The notes under the pieces were generated by a model. The model had not been told where the DNA came from, ran no database searches, and saw only the letters and a program-made list of their open reading frames with translations. Shown piece after piece: positions 14,001-25,700 of a stretch of DNA of 64,000 nt. Origin of the DNA: Podarcis vaucheri (lineage: Eukaryota). Each line of letters opens with the position of its first letter. Positions within the stretch are counted from its first letter, which is position 1. The position numbers and the translations under genes were made by a program. The stretch lies in assembly GCA_965113315.1 (NCBI GenBank), contig OZ220369.1. One strand, written 5' to 3'.

Positions 14001-17000
14001 GGCCTTTGACCATTTTGGTTGCCCTCTTCTGGACACATTCCAGTTTGTCAGTGTCCTTCTTGAACTGTGGTGCCCAGAACTGGACACAGTACTCCAGGTG
14101 AGGTCTGGCCAGAGCAGAATACAGTGGCACTATTACTTCCCTTGATCTAGATGCTATACTCCTATTGATGCAGCCCAGAATTGCATTGGCTTTTTTAGCT
14201 GCCGCGTCACACTGTTGGCTCATGTCAAGTTTGTGGTCAACCAAGACTCCTAGATCCTTTTCACATGTACTGCTCTCAAGCCAGGTGTCACCCATCTTGT
14301 ATTTGTGCCTCTCATTTTTTTTGCCCAGTTCTCTAATGATCATAATGATGGTGAAAAACCCGTCAGCGCCAAGGGTGTTGGTAGGGATGCTGCGCTGAGC
14401 AAAGTTGAAGGCCTGAGATAGTCACGAGTGCTGGGTTGAACCACTTTGCCAGAGTTTGGGTATCCACGGTGATGTGTTGTTTGTTTCTTCCAGCCTTTCT
14501 AGATTCCTCAACTTTACAGCTGTTTTTTGACCTGTACCATTCCATCCCTCCTACGTTTTCACCTCTGGTGAGTGTGGCATTCCTGACTTAGTGGGCAGGG
14601 GCATATGTTCCAGGGGCATACATCCCATTGAGAAGATTCACATGGTGGGTTTGATCACCCTGTTGGAGATCAGGAGGAAGTTTTTCTCTTCCCCGCCCCC
14701 TCCACAAAATGGTTACCTGCTGGTTTGCATTGTCTTTCCACAACCTATATGTCAATTCAAGTGTGAATTTGGTTTCTATTTTATTCCAGACAACTTACGG
14801 TTCTCCCTTTATTCACGCTCCTACCTTTAGGTCTTATCGTGTCTAGTGCAAATTGCCTCTGTACGTAGGTCCCTATTTAACAATGCAGAAAGAGCGAAGT
14901 TCCTGTCTCATCTCGTTGATGGTGTCAAGCGAATACTGGAAAACCCTCAGGTGAGTCTGTCAGAACTGTGGATGGGAGTCAACCGCCCGCGCATATGTGT
15001 GTTTTGTCACAAACTGCCTCTTGAAGCTTGGAAACAGTGGAGATCCAAAGGCCCATGGAACTGAGCAACAGGTGGTAAACTAGCTGGCAACCAGGGCAAA
15101 GCTTGAGAGGGTGAATAAACACAAAGCTTCATCGTACACGTGGTTAACTTTGGGCAGGCAAAATCAGGGGAAAGAAATAAGTGGCTGTACCTGAGAAAAT
15201 GTCCCAGAATTGAGATCTGTCAGTATGTGAGTGCTTCATACTGAAACCAGCAACATTATGTGGCAAAAGATTTTTTTGGCAAGTCTCTGTGCTGAGCTCT
15301 GCAACCTATAGTGCACACACATATGTGTATTGCTGTGTGAACTCTTCAGTATTTTAGTCACTCCTTCCATATCCACTGATAGTGCTCTGCTCTCATTGGA
15401 CTGTTATGCCAGTTGTTGAAAACCACTGGAGAGGAGAGTGCTCTTGCACAGGTTTCTGATTGGAACATCTGGTTGGCCATCGTGAAAAGAGGATGCTGGA
15501 CTATAGACCCAGCAGTCTCTCCTTCTGTTTCCTCTCCCCCCCCCCCACTTCTGCAAACCTTTCCCCCCAGTTGCTGATTCCTTCTTGTGTGTGGACGGTG
15601 CCTTTTGTGGTAGGTAAAGGCAGGAACTTGGAACAAGGTCTCTCTTTGTAGACTTGTTTGTTCTGCTAGATAATAGGAAGTTACAAAGAGATGCAGGTCA
15701 CAAGAACCTCAGCCTACTCCAGGCTTCATAAAGTTCACCCGGCCAGTACCTACCATTCTTGGTGCACAACAGGTTTGAGCAACATTGCTGTGCCCCATCT
15801 GAAGACAAGGGCAGCTGTTGACTCCACACAGTGTGCCAGGCTGGTTCACGGTGGTAGGATGCCCACCAACATTGCAGAGCGAGTCAGAGGTCTTAGGTAC
15901 TCAGTTATTTAGTGCCTGAACAAATTAGTGTTTCAGATACTGTAATTGATGAGCCCCTCCCACCAGCAGTGTTGGGCTGCTGTTGCCTGGACTCTCAGGT
16001 AGACCCATTCATTGTATGCCACAGTGATGAGCCTTCACTAGTCCCCAGCCATGGGAGCAAACGTGTTTTGTGCTGTGCCACACTTTAATGTTGTGAGCTG
16101 CCCTGTGAGCTTCAGATGGAGGGTGGGATACAAATTAAATAATCAATCCAGTTTACTGATTCCTGTGCCATGACCCAGTTCGAAATTTGCTCCTTTCCCA
16201 GAGCTTGTCAGACCCAAACAACTACCATGAGTTCTGTCGACTTCTGGCCCGCCTGAAAAGCAATTACCAGCTCGGGGAGCTGGTGAAAGTGGAAAATTAC
16301 CCTGAGGTCATCCGCCTCATTGCCAACTTCACCGTGACCAGCTTGCAGGTGAGAAGCTGCGTGGTTTGGCACTGTGTGGGTGTGTGTTGCGGAGGGAGGG
16401 TTTTCAGCAGGGGGAGAGCACCCAAAATCACACTGCAACCTTGGACCTCATTAGGTTGAAACTGAGAGGGGAGTGGTGGGCTCCCCTCTCAGAGTCACCT
16501 GCTGTGGGTATATAAGGTGCATAAGGTAATATTGTGCCCCCTGTCATTATGCAGAATTGCCTTGGCTTGTTCCTCGCTGCACAGCATTTTAGCTCATTAA
16601 GAGCAGAAAACACTTCCAGCCGTTCAGACCACAGCAAGGCAAAGTGTACCGTCTGTCAGGGCCACCAGTCTTTGAAACATCTCCTCTCCCCATGTTTGGG
16701 AAATGTACTGACGTTAGGTAGCCTGCATGTGAGGGAATTTTAAAAGTGTGTGAAAGGATATTGTTAGGAGAATCTGCTTACTGTATGTTTCTGTAATGTT
16801 TGGGGGGGGGGGCGGAATCTCAGCCTTGGACCAGTTTGATAGAAAGTAGACACTGAATTCTTCTTCCTTAACCAGGCATCCAGCTCTGATAATGCAGGCA
16901 TGCTTTTCCTCTGAGACTTACCGTATTTTTTGCTCTATAAGACTCACTTTTTCCCTCCTAAAAAGTACGGGGAAATGTGTGCATCTTATGGAGCGAATGC

Positions 17001-20000
17001 AGGCTGCGCAGCTATCCCAGAAGCCGGAACAGCAAGAGGGTTTGCTGCTTTCACTGCACAGCGATCCCTCTTGCTGTTCTGGCTGCTGAGATTCAGAATA
17101 TTTTTTTTCTTGTTTTCCTCCTCCAAAAACTAGGTGCGCCTTGTGGTCTGGTGCGTCTTATAGAGCAAAAAATACGGTAATTTCTGTGCATGTGTAAAGC
17201 TGAGGTGAGGGAGTGCCTCTGTATAAGCTACTCTTGTTCTGACCAAATAAAAGCTACCGTAAACGTTGCAACTGGAGTGGTGAATAGAAGAAAATCTGCT
17301 ACCTTGGCCAGCGTGGCAGAATCTTGTTTAATTTTATAAAAATGGAGGAGCTTCCTTTGTTGTATTCAGGTGCTGAGATGCATGACACACCCACCCAAAA
17401 TAAGGATGTTCAAGGTCCCAAGTACAGACTTTAGGTTCCCCTTTAGAAGCATACAGGTGTCCAAACAGATCTGCAGTGTCCTGCTTACTCTATTTACAAA
17501 TGTTGACGGCTGCTTGCTTGAATGGCTCCCATGTCCTGAAGCCCAAAGGCTGGGGGTCGGGGTGGGGGACGCTGGCCAGCCCGCAAGTGGCATTCCGTTT
17601 CCTCCCTTTTGTTCCTACAGCACTGGGAATTTGCTCCGAACAGCGTTCACTATCTCCTGAGCCTGTGGCAGCGCCTGGCAGCGTCCGTTCCTTACGTCAA
17701 AGCCACAGAGCCACACATGCTGGAGACTTACACGCCTGAAGTCACCAAAGCTTACATCACCTCCAGGCTGGAGTCTGTGCACATCATACTGAGGTAAAGA
17801 TGCCAAGAGAGGAGTGGAGGGAGAACAGCCTGCACAACCCCTTGTTGGTACCTAAGCAGTTCAGGACCCAGTTATCTGAAGGACCCATGTACCCATACGT
17901 ACCTACCCAAGCTATAAGCTTGGCCCTGCAGCTGCTGTCCAGTGCACGGGTAAAAGCTGTTAGGTTGGTGAGTACCAGCAGCAGCAGCGCCTTTTCTGTG
18001 GTGGCCCCCTAACCCTACAACATCCTTCCCAGGGAAATACACATGATTCCCCCTCCCCCTCTCATAGGCCTTTTTTCATTCTGGTCTGTGTTGGGGTGAT
18101 TTTAGGGTTGCTGTGTTTTAAGAACTTGGTTTTATCTGCTGCATCTGCATGTTTGTTTTTTAAATGCTTTACAACTTGGGGATTTTAATATTGACCTGTT
18201 GTTGTGGGAGTTATTACCCACACAAAAATATGCTGTGGTTATTTATTTACTTACCAGTCTTACTTGTAGCTCCCTCTTATTTGAATGTTCTCAGTCCCCA
18301 GAGTGGGAAGGGAAGTAAAAAAAAATTAAAAACCATAGAAAAATGATATAGAAAAATTACAAAATCATATCAACATGACCAATAAACAGCTAAACAATTC
18401 TATCATAAGGTAAACAAGTCAAATTGCATGAGCATAAATGAATGAATGAATGAATGAATGAATATATCCAGTTTAACAAAATGTGGGCCTCAGGCTCAAG
18501 AGAGCTGCCAGGTAGTGATTTACAGGTGGATTTGCTGGTCTCCTCCAGAGAGTTGCCACAAAACAACAGCATAGTGGGCCTTGCCTTACAGCCTAGAGGT
18601 GAGAACTGAGCAGCGTTCTTTGGGAAACAAGCTTGGTCCACCTTCTGGGAGCCGCGTTTCACTCTCTCTCCCTGCCTTGCTGCTTGCTCCCCATGCAGAG
18701 ACGGCTTGGAAGATCCGCTGGACGACACGGGTCTGGTGCAGCAGCAGCTAGACCAGCTGTCCACTATCGGGCGCTGTGAATATGAGAAGACGTGTGCTCT
18801 CCTTGTGCAGCTGTTTGACCAGTCAGCTCAGTCCTACCAGGAGCTGTTGCAGAGTGCGACGGCCATCCCTGTGGATGTGGCTGTGCAGGAAGGTGAGGGC
18901 CCAGAGATCAGCTGCATCACTCCTGTGCATCACAGCAAAGAAGATTTCGGGGAAAGGGGTTGTATAGGGTGCTGCTGCTTCTTCACCCTTTAGCCAACCC
19001 AGTGTACTTTAAGATTGTGACCCTTTGTACATATTTTAATTAGTTTGTCATGGGTATTTGCTGTGAATTTTTCAGGTTATAAACCGCTTTGAACAGATCT
19101 TGGAAAAGGGGACATAAATTGCTTTCCTCCAGAGATTTTGTCAGCAAAGCAGATACGGCATACGGCAGGAAGGGACTCTGTTTTGCTGCCCCATCTTGCA
19201 TCATTTGCTGCAAATTATAGTATGTGTTGCAGTAATGGAGCAGTGGAAATGGCAAAGAACTTTGGGGCAGTAAGAGAGTAGGTGGCAAGTTTCATCTAAA
19301 TATCAGAGGAAAGGGGCATTAGAACCTATTAGACGCTGGTTGAAACTGCTGAGGTTAAAGAAAAAAGAATAGCATTTGTTCAAAGGTTGGCTGTGGTTAG
19401 GAGGAAGAAGAAATTAAAGTGCTGGCATAATCTGCTATTTAAAACCACTGCTACTACTAATAATAATAATAATTTATTATTTATACCCCACCCATCTGGC
19501 TGGGTTTCCGCAGCCACTCTGGGCGGCTTCCAACAAAACACTAAAATACAATAACCTATTAAACATTAAAAGCTTCCCTAAACAGGGCTGCCTTCAGATG
19601 TCTTCTAAAAGTCTGGTAGTTATTCTTCTCTTTGACATCTGGTGGGAGGGCGTTCCACAGGGCGGGTGCCACTACCGAGAAGGCCCTCTCCTTGGTTCCC
19701 TGTAACTTGACTTCTCTCAGTAAGGGAACCGCCGGAAGGCCCTCGGTGCTGGACCTCAGTGTCCGGGCAGAACGATGGGGGTGGAGACGCTTCTTCAGGT
19801 GTACTGGACCGAGGCCGTTTAGGGCTTTAAAGGTCAGCACCAACACTTTGAATTGTGCTCAGAAACGTACTGGGAGCCAGTGTAGGTCTAACTATAAGAA
19901 CAGATCAGCAGTGCAACAGATTGTCAGGAAAACAGTAGAAACTCACTCACTCCTCCCTTTTTTTCAGAAGTACAGTGGTTGAGATATTTTTAGTATGGAC

Positions 20001-22758
20001 TGTAGATGCAAGGGAATCCCACCTTCCCCAGTTGTTGGACCTTGATCTTAGCTTTTCAGGGAAACACTTCTGTGGATCAGGACTCTTGCTCTTCTGGTTT
20101 CAGGACGCCTGACGTGGCTCGTCTATATCATTGGGGCTGTGATTGGTGGCCGAGTGTCATTTGCCAGCACAGATGAGCAGGACGCAATGGACGGCGAGCT
20201 GGTTTGTCGGTAGGAGCCGTTGGATTCCTTAGCAGCCCTGGTTTCTTCATGCTGAAAACACTAGAATATGGAAAGGGCCATAATGAAGAGCTGTTATCTG
20301 GGATGGGTGGGTGGGAGAATTAGTGGCGCAGCTCTGTGGCTGCTCTTACCTTCAGGATTATCACGAGGGCTGTGTACTGCGCAAGTTTGAACTCTGAGGA
20401 GCGTCCATTCCAGAATTAGTGGAAGCAGAATAGATTATACAAATCTCCATCTTATTCCGCAGAGACTGATTGCACATAGAAAGGTTCCTCTTGCCAAATA
20501 CAAGTTGTGCATTCTGGGGTAAAACATAATTAAGAAAGTGTCGAAAACACTTCTAAAACAGCAGAAAATGTTGGGTGAGAAGCATTTTGAACTTGACTGA
20601 ATACTTAAAATTCCACACAGGTCAGGGATCCCTGGGAGACTTTTAAGCCCTTGTGGTGGATTTTCTTCAATTAATCCACGCCAGTTGCGGCATCCATCTC
20701 TGATCACACATGCATGCTTTCCCTCTGAGATTGTGACTTAATTTTTCTGCTTGTGTAAAGTTAATGCATAGGAATGCCACTAGATATACCTGTGTTTACT
20801 TACAAGCCTTTGAACCCTGCTTTTGTGAGTTCCCAATGGTTGCTGTTGTTCTGACCAAGTAAAAGCTGTTTTAAACATCACAACTGGAGTGTTTAATCAA
20901 AGAAAAACCACTACACCCTCTTTGGCTTGAATCCTACATAAAAGTTTGGGCAGTGCATTGAGTCATTTTCAGCCTGCAGAGAGCACAGAAGCCTGACTGA
21001 ATATTCCCTCTGCCCACTGATAGAACTCTTTCTTCTCGCATGCTGCTAGCTGGTGGTTGGACACCAGTGAACTGGAGCAAGTTCTGCGTCTCAGAGGCAC
21101 CTTCCAGTGGTGACTGTCATGGCCGCAGGCTACCTAACTGTCCTGTGGCTGCATCTTTAGTCTGGTGTCCAGTGACACAAGTGTCTGCCCTGCAGTTAGC
21201 CCCCTCTCCTAGTGTCAAAAATTTGTGCAGAGTTCTGCAGCTCATGCTCTTAATGCCTGCGTTCATCTAACATGGGGTAACAAGAGGCACCTTTCCTCAT
21301 GGCAGGGGCAATCTCAAACTTGCTGGCTAAGTACTGAGCCTCTGTGATGTTGCATGACCTTCAATTCCCACCCCCTCACTTGTTGCCTCTCTAGGGTTCT
21401 TCAGCTCATGAACCTAACCGACTCGCGCCTGGCTCAGGCCGGCAATGAGAAGCTCGAGCTTGCCATGCTGAGCTTCTTTGAGCAGTTCCGGAAGATCTAC
21501 ATCGGAGACCAGGTGCAGAAGTCTTCCAAGGTAAATGCCTCCTCTTCCTCCTAGTGGCTTTTATGTTTTCGGGCCTACCTGGCTCTCATGCCATAATGAA
21601 AGGCTCCAACTGCGACTGCTTTTATGTGAGTTGCTGGCTGTTGGAAGTCAGCCACAGTTAAGGCTAGTGGCCAAAGAAGTCAAATGTCTTCTCCGTACCC
21701 AAATCAAGAGATGCAGGGTGCTTGGAGGAGTTCCAAGTGAATGCAGCTGCCTCCAAATGGAGAATACCTGGGTGAGGTCTGGGCTAGACAGAGGGCAGCA
21801 TGGCTGTGAAGCCTGAAAGAGCCTCCCCACAAGCAGCAGGAAAGAAAGCCTGAGCTCTATATAGCTATTGATGACCTCTGGCCACAATAACTATGCTCTG
21901 CCTCCATGGTTAGGCCGAAACGCTTCTGAATACCAGTTGCTGGAAAGCACTGGAGGGGAGAGTAGCTCTTGTGCTCAAATACTGCGTAACCAAAGTGAGA
22001 ACAGGATGCTGGACTAGATCGGCCATTGGCCTGTTGCAGCAGGCTCTTGTATTCTTAATAACCTCCAGGCTAGATTATTGTAACTCACTCTACACAGGGC
22101 TGCCCTTGAGGCTGACCCAGAAACTCCAGCGGGTGCAGAATGCAGCGGCGAGACTCCTTACGGGGTCCTCGCCATGGGATCACATTCACCCGGTGCTATA
22201 CCAGCTGCACTGGCTCCCGGTGGAGTACAGGGTCAGGTTGAAGGTGCTGGATTTAACCTTTAAAGCCCTACACGGCCTAGGACCCTCGTACCTACAGGAC
22301 CGCCTCTCCTGGTATGCCCCGCGGAGGACCTTACAGTCTTCAAATAAAAACATCTTGGAGATCCTGGGCCACAGGGAGGTTAGACTGGCCTCAACCAGAG
22401 CCAGGGCTTTTTCAGCCGTGGCCCCAATCTGGTGGAATGCTCTGTCACAAGAGAATGGGGCCCTGCAGGACTTGACATCTTTCTGCAGGGCCTGTAAGAC
22501 AAGAGCTGTTCCATCAGGCCTTTGGCCAAGGCACAGCCTGACCCCCTCCTTCGGTAATCCTCATAGAACTCTAGCCCAGTGGTTGCCATTAATTTGATTT
22601 TGAATTGATTATAGAATGAATTGATTTTAGAATGCATTTTAATTAATTGATTGATTTTATGTAAACTGTGTTACTTTTATTGTTGTTAGCCGCTCTGAGC
22701 CCTGTTTCAGCTGGGGAGGGCGGGATATAAATAAAAGTATTTTATTTATTATTATTAT

Positions 22759-22793
<35 letters not shown>

Positions 22794-25700
22794 TTGTTAT
22801 ATTCTAGGAGGCAGGTGCCATACTAAACAGCCATTGAGTGTTGTGTTTTCTTTTTCCTGACCTGCTAGGCTTCTGTTTCCTCCAGGCACCTTTGGTCTTA
22901 AAGGAAAAACAACAATTTCTACTGAAGCCTCTAAGCTTGACTTTGTTTTCCGCTTCTAGCTATATCGGCGGCTCTCGGAGGTCCTTGGGCTGAACGATGA
23001 GACCATGGTCCTGAGTGTCTTCATAGGGAAAATGTAAGTGTTCTGACTCCTTGCCAGTTGCGCTTGTCCATCATACATCTCAAGCCCTTGAGCCTCTGCT
23101 GGGATGCTCAGAGAGTAGAGCAGGAACACCTCCCGGCTACAGGCTGAACTTTGGGCCTGAGTTTGGCTGATGGGCTGCTCCAGAGATGCACCTGTCCTCC
23201 TCCTCTACACCTTCCCCCACATGAGATTTCTCCTCCCAGCAGCAGTTTCACCTGCCTAGGCAGGAGTGAAAAGGCATGCTCTGTTTTGCACGGCAGCCAC
23301 CTTCCAAGGAAGGACTGTTCTGGCCCTGCCCACCCCCTGGTAGCATTACTTAGTTTTAAATGGTTGAAGGCTCCCTTCTCGGAAGTGTGGCCTGGGATGA
23401 GCCAGTCGAGCTCCTGAGGGGTCAAGGGGGTCAAGCACTTCCCTCCTTAGCCCCCAGGCCGAATCAGCCCTTGGCTGCCCACCTTGAGGCCTGTGGCTGC
23501 TGGGTGAGACTCTTCACAAGGGCTTCTGGAATTCTGCAGCCGGTGGTGGAAGGGGCAGGTTGCCTCACGGCAGAGGGGCATGTTGTCACTGCCGCAGGAT
23601 TCTCTTGCCCTTGCTGCAGAAATCGGCCCATCAGTGCCACAGCATTCCACGGGCCCTGAGTTTGGGCCAGTGTAGCTTTGGGATCCAAGTAGTGAAGATT
23701 ATCTGAAGGATAATTTTCTAGTCAACCAAATGTAAGTACTGTGACTTTACGCTGGTCTTTTCTGGCTTGTGTCGTTGTCTGTGGCTTTAGGGGAGGATGG
23801 AAATGGGTGAGAGAAAGGAGGGGCAGTCTTGAATCTGAGTGCATTTTTTTCTCCCCTTCTAGCATCACCAACCTGAAGTACTGGGGGCGGTGTGAGCCGA
23901 TCACCTCCAAGACACTACAGCTTCTCAACGACCTCTCCATTGGATATCCTTTTCAGCAGACCTCTTCCTTGGGTTTGGGCACCCAACGGACACATCGTCA
24001 CAGTTGCAGGCAGCTGTCAGGCAAAGCCAGGCTTCCTTGCTTTGATGTCCTTCAGGGCTGACTGTCCCATTTCCAGCCTGGCACTTGATAACTTTGGTCT
24101 GCCTCAAAATCATCATCCCATTTCTCATTTTGCCCAGAAAAAAAATGGCCCCTACCCCCTAGGCGATTGATTCCAGCTAAGTACTAGGGTTTTGTAGAGA
24201 GCCAGTGTGGTGTAGTGGTTAAGAGCAGTAGACTCATAATCTGGTGAACCGGGTTCGCCTCTCCGCTGCTCCACATGCAGCTGCTGGGTGACCTTGGGCC
24301 AGTCACACTTCTCTGAAGTCTCTCAGCCCCACTCACCTCACTGAGTGTTTGTTGTGGGGGAGGAAGGGAAAAGGAGATTGTTTGCCGCTTTGAGACTCCT
24401 TCGGGTAGTGATAAAGCGGGATATCAAATCCAAACTCTTCTTTTGCACTAGAACAGGTTAAGTTCATTTTCTTAACTCGCTTTGTATTTATAAAGTGCAG
24501 ATAAATTGGGGAAGAAGCTTAGTCTAGTTGGGTAGGTGCAACTAGGATTTTTAAAAGCAAACTATTAATCAATAATTATGGGCTGGAAGAGGACCCAGAC
24601 GTTGCCTTTTCAACTCCCAGCCCAATGCAGATTAATCTCTGCAGTCCTGACCATAACTAGGGAGCAGATCTACCACATGAATGTACTTGCAGAGCAGGTA
24701 ACTTGCACACAGCAGAAGGAAGGTGGAAATCCCTTTGTGGCTATGTTCTGCCCCCAGAGTTGGAGGCAGCAGTGTTTCTGAAAATCCATTACTGGAAACC
24801 ACGGAAGGAGAGTGGCTTTTGTGCTCAGATCGCAATTGCCAGTTTCCCACAGGCATCTGGTTGGCCGCTGTGAGAGCAGAACGCTGGACTGGATGGACCA
24901 TTTGCCTGATCCAGCAGGCACTTATCAAGTTCTTAGGGTCACTAGCCAGCCTGACCTATGGGTCAGGGACGGAGTGTGTGAATGCAACTGCAGTCACGCT
25001 GGCTGGGGCTGATGGAAGTTGTAGTCAGAACAATCTGGAGAGTACCAGGTTGAGGAACCCATCTTCCCAGGTTTGCATGAGGCTACCTTGTTGGCAATCC
25101 CAGGAACCATCCCTTCATCCTCCCAGGGCTTTCTAACCAGTTTTTGACTGGTGCTGTTTCCTTAACATGGCTTCTACCTACAGCAGCGTTAGGAAACTGG
25201 TGAAACTCAGCGCTGTGCAGTTCATGCTGAACAATCACACGGTAAGCTTTCAGCCATCTCTGGTGCTTCACTGAGGTTGAGTGGATTTGCACGGTGAAAG
25301 GTGTCCCTGATTGGTCCTTAGGATGAAGTCTTCCTGGCCCAGGTAGCTTCTGTTCCCAAGGTCTCTGCTGAATACTTGGCAGCTCTCATGTCTCCTCTCA
25401 AGGGTTGTTGCTTGTGCTGCGCTGCCCCCTGTGGTGGCTTTTCATGCCATGCTTCTAGATGGCAAAATTCTCCCACATCCATGCATGAATCATCATGGGA
25501 GGCCTCTGTGCTGACAATGTGAGAGACAGGCAGAGATGGAGAGAGACTGTAACTTGAGGAATTGAGGGCAGCAGTACTAGCAGCATCTCTGCCGCCCCCT
25601 CCAATTCCCATGTGACACCCCCAGCATTCTTGGCTCAGTTCCTCACAAGTCTTTGTAGATATGCCACAAATGAGTTATTCTAGATCAGTGGTTCCCAAAC

